Origin: Nitrososphaeria archaeon | GTDB lineage: Archaea > Thermoproteota > Nitrososphaeria > JACIWG01 | Reading direction: 5' to 3' | NCBI GenBank assembly: GCA_963752255.1 | Contig: CAVVXT010000002.1 | Coordinates: forward strand, 1-64,000 | DNA: 64,000 nucleotides | Shown here: piece after piece, positions 45,191-55,196 of the stretch | How positions within the stretch are numbered: position 1 is the first letter of the stretch | Layout of the letters: each line of letters starts with the position of its first letter | Notes under the pieces: model-generated | What the model was told of the DNA's origin: nothing | Database searches by the model: none | The model's input: only the letters and a program-made list of their open reading frames with translations | Made by a program: the position numbers and the translations under genes

Positions 45191-45495
45191 GCGACGGAGA
45201 GGATTTCTGGACGAAGATTCCGGATAAAGGTGTGAAGCTGGAGGTCTTCGTAGGGCATCCGCCTTGCCCCAGTTGCTTGAAAACTCTTAAAATTGTCTCA
45301 GAACTGGGTATAGCCCACTTTGACAAACTTCATATCCTCATCTACGTAGGGAAATCAGGGGAGGAGCAGTTCAAAGGCTATGGTCTCACATGCGTCCCAT
45401 CAGTCGTTGTTGACGAAATCATTAAGATATCCGGTATAGCGCCGACCGAAGAGCTGCTCGTTGAAGCTGTCAAGAAAACAGCGGGAGTCGGATAG
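45187..45495 (+). CDS. Thioredoxin-fold protein (CxxC)
   Basis: PPCPSC, CVPSVVVD. Confidence 0.75.
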   Translation: MSDGEDFWTKIPDKGVKLEVFVGHPPCPSCLKTLKIVSELGIAHFDKLHILIYVGKSGEEQFKGYGLTCVPSVVVDEIIKISGIAPTEELLVEAVKKTAGVG

Positions 45496-45783
45496 ACAGG
45501 TTCCCGTGCTCAATGAGAAAACTCACTCGGTTTGTTTCATACCTGCCTGAATAGAGAATGTAGACGACTTAACAGGAAAATGTGTTATTTTAACACAATA
45601 AAATAGGATAAATAATCTTATTAGATTAGGGATTTGAACCCATTATGGTATAGAGCCCACTGGCCACCACAACATCTAACCCTTGCCATTTATTGTTCGT
45701 GTTGGAGGCATCTTCACATTCTAACAATAATGAAGTTCAGTTTCTTTCAGCCATTCCAATCTCTAGGAAAACACTACAATAAC

Positions 45784-46134
45784 CTAATCCTTAATATGTT
45801 CTACTACGAGCTGCCTAAAGTCCTCGTATGAAGGAAATACACCCTCCGAAACAAGCTGGCCATTTATGACAATGAATGGCATTTTAGTTTCTGCTCTAAG
45901 AAGCTTGAGGATATGTTGTGGATATGCATCGAATTTTTTTCGGCTACTTACTATCTCTCTCTCAACCTCTATTTGCTCCTTGAACTCCTCCTTCAACGCT
46001 TTAACCGTTTTATTTCTTTCCACGAGCATCGCACGCAAATTTTCCGCAGAGCTGGGAGATGCCATGCTTGGACCACAACAGCCTGAGAAAGGGTCTCCCT
46101 CATATATCTCAACCTTTGTTTTTCCCTTTGACAT
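45784..46134 (-). CDS. ArsD-like thioredoxin-fold metallochaperone
   Basis: EIYEGDPFSGCCGP; MPFIVINGQLVSEGVFPSYE. Confidence 0.6.
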   Translation of the reverse strand: MSKGKTKVEIYEGDPFSGCCGPSMASPSSAENLRAMLVERNKTVKALKEEFKEQIEVEREIVSSRKKFDAYPQHILKLLRAETKMPFIVINGQLVSEGVFPSYEDFRQLVVEHIKD

Positions 46135-46146
46135 TTTGGGATCACT

Positions 46147-46215
46147 CTACAGAGAGCCTCCTATGAAAGATAAAAGAGCATAGGTCCTAATTCTTCTGCC
46201 AATTTCTTTGGACAT
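46147..46215 (-). pseudogene. Second, almost completely deleted permease remnant
   Basis: MSKEIGRRIRTYALLSFI joined directly to GGSL*. Confidence 0.55.
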
Positions 46216-46216
46216 T

Positions 46217-46513
46217 TTATGATACCTTCTGTTCCCCTCTGATCAGCTTTTCGATTTCCTCTTCCTTAGGTATTCGTCCCATAATTTTGACTTTTCCATT
46301 AACCGCTACAGCCGGCGAAAGCAGTACACCATACTTTAATATAGTACCCTTTGAGATAATATTCGCTCTCTCCACCTGCACATTGAATCCTTCTTCGGCA
46401 AGCTTCTGTGCAACTTTCTCTACAACCTTTTTTGTAGCTTGGCAGCGTGCACAGGGGGGTTCAGGACCAAAGACCTCAACAGTTATGTCTTTGAAGTTAA
46501 CCAACATATTCAA
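46217..46513 (-). CDS. Small thioredoxin-like protein, copy 2
   Basis: Nearly identical to 43289-43564, inverted. Confidence 0.88.
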   Translation of the reverse strand: MNMLVNFKDITVEVFGPEPPCARCQATKKVVEKVAQKLAEEGFNVQVERANIISKGTILKYGVLLSPAVAVNGKVKIMGRIPKEEEIEKLIRGEQKVS

Positions 46514-46591
46514 ACCTTATCTATCATAATATTTAAATATTGTTATGTATAGGTTGTTATGCTATGCTGAAAATCTCTATGCAGGCATAAG

Positions 46592-49066
46592 GTGAATGTT
46601 TTGAACAGTTCAGATAAAGATAAGGAACAGGAGTTCAGAGAAACAAATGTGGAAAATGGACTAGAAGCTCAAGAAGTCCAGAAGAGACTTGCGAAGTACG
46701 GATACAACGAGGTCCCTGAGAAGAAAGTAAGCTTTCTCGTAAGGCTTGGAAAACGTTTCTGGGGCATCGTGCCCTGGATGCTTGAAGCCACCGCCATCGT
46801 CACCTGACTACTAGGCAAGTATCCACAGACGCTCGTTATCGTGTTCCTCCTTCTATTCAACGCAGCAATGTCGCTGTGGCGAGAGAAAAGAGCGAGAACA
46901 GGCAATGGCTAGCCTGAAGCAGAGGCTGAGAATCCAGAGCAGAGTAAAAAGGGATGGAAAATGGTCAATTATTCCGGCTAGGGAACTTGTTCCCGGAGAC
47001 CTCGTCAGAGTCAGAGCAGGCGACCTTCTGCCAGCAGACATAAAAATCATTGACGGGTCTTTCGGCGTTGACCAATCAGCCCTCACTGGCGAATCTATAA
47101 TCGTGGAAAAGTCCACTGGAGAAGTAGCCTATTCCGGGTCGGCGGTCAAGCGCGGCGAAGCCACAGGCACAGTCGATGCCACAGGAACAAAAACCTACTT
47201 TGGGAAAACTGTTTCGCTGCTCGAACTCGCAAAACCGAAACTGCACATGGAGGAGGTAACAGTTAAAGTTGCACACCGACTTCTCATAATAGTGCTTGCA
47301 TCTCTTCTAGTCGTCTTCGTGTATGCTGTTCTGACAGGTTTCCCACTTGCCGTGCTGCTGCCGCTCGCAGGCGTACTCCTCGTAGCTTCTGTGCCAGTTG
47401 CAATGCCGACCATGTTCACTGTGAACATGGCGCTGGGCTCGTCAGCGCTTGCAAAGCAAGGAGTCCTTGTCACAAGACTCAGCGCAAGCGAGGACGCAGC
47501 AACAATGGATGTGCTATGCGCAGACAAGACAGGCACAATCACCATGAACAAGCTCTTCATTGAAGAGGAAATACCGACTAATGGATTCAGCAAAAGCGAC
47601 GTTTTGCTCTACGGGGCGCTCGCGTCGCAAGAAGCCAATCAAGACCCCATAGACATAGCGTTTCTGGCAGCTGCAGCGGAGGCTCACATCCCACTGGACG
47701 CTTACTCGCAGACGGAGTTCGTGCCGTTTGATCCTAAAACTAGAATGACAGAAGCCACAATCCAGAAATCTGGTGAAACATTCTTTGTGGGAAAAGGATC
47801 ATTCGACACCATATGCTCTTCCTGCAACCTGTCAGATAAGGAGACAAAAGAACTGTTCAAGCATGCTGAGGCGCTCTCAGCTAAGGGGCTAAGAGTGATC
47901 GCCGTTGCTAAGGGAGATGATCGGAGCAGGCTGAAGTTTGTCGGTCTCGCCGGAGTAGCTGACCGGGTAAGGGAAGACTCGCGTGGGACATTAGACCGGA
48001 TCCGTGATTTGGGCATATCTGTGAAGATGCTTACGGGTGATGCGCTTCCTATTGCAAGAAACATTGCTAAGCAGATAGGTCTAGGTGACAAGATAACTCG
48101 AATGTCGAAGATTGAAGAGATGCAGAGTCAAAGGGAGATTCTTGACTCCACCGTCGAAGAGAGTGACGGCATCGCTGAGATTTACCCTGAAGACAAGTTC
48201 ACGATAGTGAAGGCTCTTCAGGACCGAGGGCATGTGGTCGGAATGACGGGTGACGGATGAATGATGCTCCTGCTTTGGGGCAGGCGGAAGTTGGAATAGC
48301 GGTAAAGAATGCAACGGATATCGCCAAGGACTCGGCAAGTGCTGTGCTCACTGTTGAAGGGCTCGGAGGCATAATAGCTATGATTAAGACGTCCCGGACG
48401 ATTTACCAGAGAATCTACAGCTGGGCGTTGATGATGGTTTCCAGGAAGCTCCATATAGTCGGCTACATCGTTGTGATGATGTTTCTTACTCACTCCTTCA
48501 TGCTGTCAATAACGGGCACGGTGCTGCTGCTTTTCCTAGGTGACTTCGTCTCGATGTCGATATCGACAGATAACGTGCGGGTCTTCTTCTAAGCCTGATG
48601 AGTTCAATGTCTCACGGCTGTTCGCGGTCAGCGGATCATTAGGGTTACTGATGACGATTGAAAGCGCAATCTTTACAGTGGCGGCCTTATCGTACTTTGG
48701 GCTGAGTGGCAACATAGATAAGATCTACACCTTCGGTTTTGCTTACTTGAATCTTGCAGGGGTATTCACTCTTATGATCGTACGTGAGCGGAATTATTTC
48801 TGGAAATCGCGGCCCAGCAATTTTCTAAGCATCACAGTCACTGCGGAAATACTGTTTGTAATGCGATCTCGCTCTTAGGCTTCTTAGAGCTTGCTCCACT
48901 CGGCTACATGCCTGTACTCGCAATCTTAGGCTATACGCTAACAGTGACGTTTCTGATCAACGACCCAATCAAGGTATATCTCATACGCAAATTCAAGGGC
49001 AATTTGCCGTTATCCATAGCTCCTGTCGGCATAGTAAAAGCAATAGTCTCCAGTGACAAGAGATGA
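46592..49066 (+). pseudogene. Second type IIIA H+-ATPase with internal stop and frameshifts
   Basis: TGA at 46805 where the paralog has Trp; frameshifts near 46870, 48257, 48585 and 48863; DKTGT and MLTGD present. Confidence 0.85.
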
Positions 49067-49127
49067 TCATTATAATAGGTATACTATTCTTAGGCATCCA
49101 TCAATGACATTCTATCATATATTTAAT

Positions 49128-49290
49128 AGGTATTCGCACTTAATTATGGTCAGAAACCACCGGACATTCGTCCAAACTTAGTAGACATACTACTTGAGGG
49201 ATCGTCTAACACGCTCCCAACTTGGTCCTTAACCATGCCCTCATATCAAATGGCCCGTCGCGATCCAATAGATACTCATACCGTAGTTAC
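49128..49290 (-). mobile_element. IS end remnant, probably IS6-like
   Basis: 24-bp AGGTATTCGCACTTAATTATGGTC identical to 55281-55304; degenerate DRDGP resembling the DRGPWY motif. Confidence 0.5.
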
Positions 49291-49317
49291 CCATGCTAAT
49301 TCAGAAACCTTCGGATA

Positions 49318-49881
49318 TTGGCAAATCTTATAAGGAAGGTTAAGAGTTCCGCTGGTGGAGACGCAGGCGGAATGAACCGTCTTATTATCGCTGTAGTAGT
49401 CGTAGTTGTGGTTATCGTAGCAGGTTCGGCAATACTCTTCTCAGCGCTGAGTGCAGGCCAAGGCTCAGTGTCGATAGGATTCACCGATGCCCCAGCCCAA
49501 GGAGTGACCCACATCTACATAACAATCTCGAACATCATGCTTCAGGGCACGGGAAACACGAGCATGTCGTATAGTTCTGGGACGCAATTTGACCTTCTTG
49601 GCCTCGTCAACGTCACTGAGATGCTTGGCAGCACTCAGGTCCCCGCGGGTAATTACACCATGATCCGCTTTACCGTCACTTCGGCGGTTGCAACCATCTT
49701 GGGCTCAAATGCTACATTGAAGGTTCCCAGCGGCGAAATCAAGGTTCCGTTGACGTTCCAGGTCAGGAGTGGCGCGACAACCACAATCGTTCTCGACATC
49801 TCTGCCGATATGACTAACATAAGTGCGAGTGGGAACCTTCGTCCGGTGGTTACGGTGAAGTCCGTCAAGGGGCCGTCTTAA
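49318..49881 (+). CDS. DUF4382-like exported protein
   Basis: N-terminal TM; FTDAP, FDLL.L, PAGNYT.IRF, VPSG.IK, IVLD. Confidence 0.8.
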   Translation: MANLIRKVKSSAGGDAGGMNRLIIAVVVVVVVIVAGSAILFSALSAGQGSVSIGFTDAPAQGVTHIYITISNIMLQGTGNTSMSYSSGTQFDLLGLVNVTEMLGSTQVPAGNYTMIRFTVTSAVATILGSNATLKVPSGEIKVPLTFQVRSGATTTIVLDISADMTNISASGNLRPVVTVKSVKGPS

Positions 49882-50197
49882 CCCGGTCCTTGTGGGATGA
49901 TAGTCTTGTATCTTCGCATCGTGTAGTGGTGGAACTAAACTATTCCACCCTCCACTTTTCTGTCAAAGTCGGGCGCCTATCGGCTTGTGCCAATTATCGG
50001 AGAATTCGGGGAAAACGGTGAATCGTGAAATCATTCAAATAAAGAAAAGACAAAGAAATAGGCATATTTACCCGAAAAGAGGGGTTTAATGTGTTGCGAC
50101 GTATAGGTTCTGTTAACTTTGTTGCACGGTCAAAGTAATGCGATAGTAAAATTTATATACCAATTTATAATTTAAAGAAAAAAAAGGGTGAATTTGC

Positions 50198-51028
50198 ATA
50201 AAACCTGTAGATAAGTTATCTATTTTTCTCATTGGTTCGCTTCTACTCTTAGCTACATTTAGTCCAGCGTTAATCCTTGCATGTTCAATAACCGCGCCGG
50301 GAATGCACGTCGCAAGCGTCAGTGGCAGTAGCTGGTATAGCACCAATTGGAGTGGATACGTAGTAAATGGCACCGCCGGTTCAGTGACTTTTGTTCAAGG
50401 TTCATGGAAGGTCCCTGCTGTTACAGGTAGGGGGAATGCATATTCGTCCTTCTGGGTAGGTATTGACGGTTTCAGCTCGAATACAGTCGAACAAATAGGA
50501 ACGGACTCCGACATCAGTAGTGGGAGGGCAGTATACTACGCTTGGTATGAATTCTATCCGAGCCCGATGTATAAAATAACCACCCTCTCAATATCTTCGG
50601 GCGACATAATCTCTGCAAGCGTGTCATACTTAGTCAGCAGTAATGCATTTACGGTTTCTATCACAGATGCTAATAAATCGACTTCTTGGACCAGTTCACC
50701 AACTGCAGTTTCAGGTGCTACGGAATCCTCGGCTGAATGGGTCGCAGAGGCTCCCTCATCAAGTAGAGGAGTTTTGCCGCTTGCAAACTTCGGTACTGTA
50801 TACTTTGGCTACGACAACACAGGGGTTTCAGGGACCTGTTATGCTACTATAAGTGGAGTTAATGGGCCAATTGGGTCCTTTCCTTCCTCCGCAATTCAAA
50901 CGATAACGATGGCTTCCCTTACATATAACCACCGAACAAACAGCTACACTGTTGTCCCCAAAGCTGTGCCATCATCATTGTCCGGTGATGGAACAAGCTT
51001 CTCGGTTACGTGGAAAAGTGCTGGTTAA
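50198..51028 (+). CDS. Secreted glutamic peptidase, family G1 (scytalidoglutamic/eqolisin type)
   Basis: STNWSGY, WVGIDG, EQIGT, AWYEFYP, SAEWVAEAP, LANFG. The in-frame signal peptide starts at ATA 50198 after GGTGA; the first ATG is 50303. Confidence 0.88.
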   Translation: MKPVDKLSIFLIGSLLLLATFSPALILACSITAPGMHVASVSGSSWYSTNWSGYVVNGTAGSVTFVQGSWKVPAVTGRGNAYSSFWVGIDGFSSNTVEQIGTDSDISSGRAVYYAWYEFYPSPMYKITTLSISSGDIISASVSYLVSSNAFTVSITDANKSTSWTSSPTAVSGATESSAEWVAEAPSSSRGVLPLANFGTVYFGYDNTGVSGTCYATISGVNGPIGSFPSSAIQTITMASLTYNHRTNSYTVVPKAVPSSLSGDGTSFSVTWKSAG

Positions 51029-51337
51029 ATGAGTTTAGCGAATCAACCCCCTATTTTTTCACGTTAACATCCTTTATTGTTTGGCCTTTGTTTCTTTAAT
51101 CCGGTTTAGAATGCATTTGTTATGTACGCTGTGTTGTTCACAGTCTTAACCACCTATTTTGCTATTGTTTCCTTTCCCGTCTACTTTGCGGAACCTGTTG
51201 TAACAGACACAGGGAGGTTGAAGTCTAATAACAGATACAGGAGAAAGGAGAAGCTGGTAGACTTCTTTTCCAGCATAATATAAACTGCCCTCCTCATAGG
51301 GACTCAGAAAGCAGAATGATTACATATTAGATAAATT

Positions 51338-51556
51338 ATGAATAATTTAGTGCATCCATTTAAGTATAAGTATGTAGAAAGTACAGACTACCAAGTCTTC
51401 TTGAAAAAAGCTATTCTAGAACAGTATAAGCTGCTTGGATCAGAGAGAGCCGAACTAATTACACAGATGGAGCTTGCTACTCTATTTGAGGCATGGATAC
51501 GATTTTTGAAACAGTTCGATGAACTCTTTCTAAAAGAACGATTTACAAGTGTGTAG
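51338..51556 (+). CDS. Hypothetical protein
   Basis: 72-aa ATG ORF only. Confidence 0.35.
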   Translation: MNNLVHPFKYKYVESTDYQVFLKKAILEQYKLLGSERAELITQMELATLFEAWIRFLKQFDELFLKERFTSV

Positions 51557-51652
51557 AAGGCTTAATTAGTTGCTTGTAAAGATACTACTAACAAAAAAAG
51601 GGGGAGGTAAAGGATTCAAGTATGTATTTCATACATGCTTAAATAAAAGGTG

Positions 51653-52144
51653 TTAGCTCCTTGACGATTTGGTTAGAACACCAGATTTCACGATAGCCAA
51701 GACTAAAAAATACCCTACAGCGTTCATTGAAATTATTGAACCCAAGAAGACTCCGAGGAACCCTACTTCAAGAGGAACTTTGAAAAGCACAGCCAAATAG
51801 GAACCGACGATGCTTGAGACTATTATGTTCTGTGCAACGGTGGCAGCGAACCTAGAACCAGCGAAGTTTTTGGAACCAATTTTCCAGCCGATATATGCAG
51901 CGAGGAAGTTTGCTATCGAACCTCCAATGATGTCGATGTAGCCTAGACCGCCATATAGGTTTGCGACGACATTCGCTAACGTCACTCCTAAGACCGCAGG
52001 CATTCCAAACACGATGGAGAGAGGAATCAAAGCGTCTGCAATTCTCACCTGGAAAAGCAGAAAGCTGATGGGAGCGAGGAGAATAACGCCTATGGCATAC
52101 AAAGCGGCGATAATGGATCCTAATGCTATCTTTCTGGTTTCCAA
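51653..52144 (-). CDS. queT: QueT family (7-deazaguanine precursor) ECF S component
   Basis: IAALY, APISF..FQVRIADAL, GVTLANVVAN, G.IDIIGGS. Confidence 0.88.
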   Translation of the reverse strand: METRKIALGSIIAALYAIGVILLAPISFLLFQVRIADALIPLSIVFGMPAVLGVTLANVVANLYGGLGYIDIIGGSIANFLAAYIGWKIGSKNFAGSRFAATVAQNIIVSSIVGSYLAVLFKVPLEVGFLGVFLGSIISMNAVGYFLVLAIVKSGVLTKSSRS

Positions 52145-52212
52145 TCTAATACCTCCCCACCGGGGTTTCTATAGCGGAACGGTGAGAAGCTCGATCACCC
52201 GCTAAATAGTGC
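52145..52212 (-). ncRNA. Structured 5' leader of queT, candidate preQ1-II-like riboswitch
   Basis: Stems UAGCG/CGCUA and GGUGA/UCACC with loop UCGAGCUUC; CCCC-GGU-GGGG hairpin overlapping SD GGAGGU; TATA at 52241-52250. Confidence 0.5.
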
Positions 52213-52263
52213 ATCTTCAGGTTTCTATTCTTCAGGCTTCTATAAATAAAGCTTTTTCCACCG

Positions 52264-52671
52264 TTAACTTATTTTCCCAAGCAAATCTACGACCTCACCC
52301 ACAGTTCTACAGATTTTGATTAGTGGAACTTCCAACATGAGATTTACATCTTCCATCCCTGAAAAGGTCCGGTGATCCGTCTTAAGCCCAACAATAGGCT
52401 TATCCAACGCCTTCGCATAACCCATTTCATACGCCACGCCAGCGTCCACTTCTACTCCGTCCAGAACTGATAATATCACGTCGCACGTCTTTAATGCCGA
52501 GATGTCACCTTCGTAGATCGCCTTCTTCTCTTTGTGAGTGCCTTGTTTAATGAAAGGAGCTTCTTGGGCAAGCCAGACCTCAAACCCGTTCTCTCTCAGT
52601 CTCTCGGCTATTTTAGAATTGAACTCTCGCTCAGCCTCGCTAAACAATGGCGCAGCAAGAAAAACTTTCAT
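52264..52671 (-). CDS. Nucleoside 2-deoxyribosyltransferase/N-glycosidase family protein
   Basis: FLAAPLFS.AE, IYEGD, DG..VDAGVAYEMGYA, NLML. Confidence 0.88.
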   Translation of the reverse strand: MKVFLAAPLFSEAEREFNSKIAERLRENGFEVWLAQEAPFIKQGTHKEKKAIYEGDISALKTCDVILSVLDGVEVDAGVAYEMGYAKALDKPIVGLKTDHRTFSGMEDVNLMLEVPLIKICRTVGEVVDLLGKIS

Positions 52672-53198
52672 TCCTGCAAATCACCTCACTCTGCATGAGC
52701 AGCAATATAAATAAATACACTCATCCATTATTACTTTGTTCCTCAAATTCCTTTGGCACTTTGCTCTAGAGCACGCGTAAGAAGTCACTATTTGCATCTT
52801 GTTGAACTATTTTACAAATGGCTTGAATAGTTTGACTTAACCTCTCTGCCCTCTTTTTCCCTTCCGGTCGTACAAAATGTGAAATTGGAACCAAAAGGAT
52901 TTGTTCCACCATCTGAGCATCTCCTCTAATCTCCAAGTATACACCGTATGTTTCTGCATCATTTTTTGTTACTTCTGCTTCAAGAATGTGCTGCCTCGGA
53001 ATTATTAGTAATTCGTCGCTAAGCCATATACCCTACAAATTTTTCACAGAATTTTCATAATAGAGAAGAGTAATAACGTAGCATGAATACGAATCTTGTC
53101 TTTTCATAACACTTGCGCGTTGAACTTCAAGATTTAACCTATTTAGAATACTATTTCTACGGTTGCATATCTTTATATGACAAAAGTGATAAAAGCAT

Positions 53199-53702
53199 TT
53201 AGGAAGGCTTTAAACGGCTTTCCATCGTAGGATGCACAACATTATATAGTGTGTATGCTATCACGGAACCTAAAAGTGCCTGCAGAATGTTCCATGGAAG
53301 TTCCGCGAGAGCTCCTCCGATGGCGAAAAAGTAGCTTTCGAAAACAAAGTAGGAGGCTATCATGAAAAATCCTCCCAGCGGGCCTGAACTATAGGCTAGA
53401 AGCTTTGACTCCTTATAGAATCTCATAAATATCAAACCCACAATAAGACCTTCAATACCCTTAGCCACGAATGTGACTGGAGCGTAGAAGGAGTACCCTG
53501 AAAGAATGTCTGCTAGAGAGGAGCCTAGGCCTCCTGTTATCAGGCCCACGTAGGGGCCGAAGAGCATGCTGACCAATATTACTCCTGCATCGCCGAAGTT
53601 GAAGTATCCTTGTGTCGCTGGAATTGGTATTTTGAATATGATCGTCATTACAGTAACTAGCGGGATCATCACACTAACGAGGGCCAGTGTCCTTACTTGC
53701 AT
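53199..53702 (-). CDS. ECF transporter S component, PdxU/HmpT-like (vitamin B6 candidate)
   Basis: IPIPATQGYFNFGD, GGLGSSLADILSGY..YAPVTFVAKG.EG, E..WNILQ. Confidence 0.8.
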   Translation of the reverse strand: MQVRTLALVSVMIPLVTVMTIIFKIPIPATQGYFNFGDAGVILVSMLFGPYVGLITGGLGSSLADILSGYSFYAPVTFVAKGIEGLIVGLIFMRFYKESKLLAYSSGPLGGFFMIASYFVFESYFFAIGGALAELPWNILQALLGSVIAYTLYNVVHPTMESRLKPS

Positions 53703-53748
53703 AGGCTAATCATCGGAAAACAAGGGAAACAAACATATATAAGTAATA

Positions 53749-53762
53749 GCCTATATATAGGC
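53749..53762. promoter_or_regulatory. Perfect 14-bp palindrome GCCTATATATAGGC in the divergent promoter
   Basis: Next to a shared TATA (53734-53743); a half site ATAGGC overlaps the ECF start codon. Confidence 0.7.
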
Positions 53763-53774
53763 CTAGTAATAAGT

Positions 53775-55196
53775 ATGACGAATGACATCTCATTAAGGTG
53801 CACAAACTGCGGTGCAAGCAGTAGCTTTGATATTAATAGAAAACTATGTGACAGATGCGGAAACGGCCTTACTATAGAAATGGAGCGTACTCATGATTTT
53901 GAACCGCAGCAAAATGCGACTGGAATATGGAAGTATGCTAAGATATTACCAAGCTTAGATGAAGGATTTCGAATTTCCTTAGGGGAAGGCAACACGAGCC
54001 TACATGAAAGCAAGAAAACCAAAGATGAGATAAAGGTTGACAGACTATTGTTTAAGGATGAAACAGTGGAGCCAACAGGATCTTATCTAGACAGAAGCTC
54101 AGCACTATTCGCATCCATAGCCCTTTGTTTAGGGTACAGAAAGGTTGTCACGTATTCTACGGGAAATCTTGGTGCCTCACTTTCGGCGTATTCTTCCAAG
54201 GCAGGATTAAGGACACTGGTCTACATCAAACCCGGCATCGACCTCGGAAAACTCTATCAGATGATAGCGTACGGAGCAGAAGTGAAGGTTGTGCAAAATT
54301 TTAAGGAAAAATGGAAAGGATTAGAGGACACGGTTGTAGCTACGGAATATGACCCACTAATAAATGAAGCCAAGAAAACAATTATGTTAGAAATCTTCTA
54401 CCAGCTTAACAGAGATTTACCGGACTACATAATACTTCCTATGGGAGAGGGAGGCCTAGTTTATTCAACCTTTAAGACATTAAGTGAGCTCAAGACACTC
54501 GGTAAGAACAAAATTTACAGGACAAAAGTTGTTGGCGTACAGCCAGAGGGCTGTGCTCCTATAGTGAAAGCGTTTGAAAAAGGGCTGGACATCGTTGAGC
54601 CTGAAGATGGCCCTAGAACCCATATATTTGACCTAAGCGTGGCAAATCCTAAATTTGGAAATGCAGCTTTGAAGGCGATAAAGGAAACTAAAGGCGTCGC
54701 TATCTCGATTGGTGGAAACGAAATAATGGATGCCACTACCGCCTTAGCTGAAAACGAAGGCATTCTTGCTGAGCCAGCTGCCAGTCTAACCGTAGCTGGG
54801 CTGATGAAACTGAGAAAGACAGGAGAAATAGGAGGTGACTCTACGGTAGTCTGCGTCATAACCGGAAGCGGCCTTAAAGACCCTAGACTAATGAAAGAGA
54901 TAGCGCTTAGAAGATCAAACTTAGGCTCCTTGATAGAAGAGTTGAGTGGGGGTATGCTGTTAGGTGATACTAAACTAGCGACTCTGAAATTACTGTCTGA
55001 AAAAGATATGTACGGTTATCAGATTTGGAAGGAACTAAGAGAAAAACATGGTGTCGGCCTAAAGATTCCTACTGTCTATCAACATTTGTCTGAGCTAATC
55101 AAGGAAGGCTATGTAAAGAAGATTGAGTCAAAGATGGTTTCAGGAAGAAAGAGAGAATACTATTCATTAACGGATAAAGGAAGAGCTCTAGCTTAA
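53775..55196 (+). CDS. Threonine-synthase-like PLP-fold domain lacking the Schiff-base Lys, fused to a PadR-type winged HTH
   Basis: Zn ribbon, SLGEGNT, PTGSYLDR (canonical PTGSFKDR), STGN, EPA, TGSGLKD; C-terminal MYGYQIWKEL..IPTVYQHL..Y.LTDKG. Confidence 0.85.
   Translation: MTNDISLRCTNCGASSSFDINRKLCDRCGNGLTIEMERTHDFEPQQNATGIWKYAKILPSLDEGFRISLGEGNTSLHESKKTKDEIKVDRLLFKDETVEPTGSYLDRSSALFASIALCLGYRKVVTYSTGNLGASLSAYSSKAGLRTLVYIKPGIDLGKLYQMIAYGAEVKVVQNFKEKWKGLEDTVVATEYDPLINEAKKTIMLEIFYQLNRDLPDYIILPMGEGGLVYSTFKTLSELKTLGKNKIYRTKVVGVQPEGCAPIVKAFEKGLDIVEPEDGPRTHIFDLSVANPKFGNAALKAIKETKGVAISIGGNEIMDATTALAENEGILAEPAASLTVAGLMKLRKTGEIGGDSTVVCVITGSGLKDPRLMKEIALRRSNLGSLIEELSGGMLLGDTKLATLKLLSEKDMYGYQIWKELREKHGVGLKIPTVYQHLSELIKEGYVKKIESKMVSGRKREYYSLTDKGRALA

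Noticed and set aside
46805-46807. Selenocysteine or recoded TGA in the second H+-ATPase
   Set aside because: It aligns to Trp in the paralog, the gene has further frameshifts, and TGA is an ordinary stop elsewhere in the window.
53697-53774. Longer N-terminus of the ThrC-like fusion from the ORF track
   Set aside because: It spans the promoter and overlaps the divergent gene; the ATG at 53775 precedes the Zn ribbon and fits the TATA spacing.
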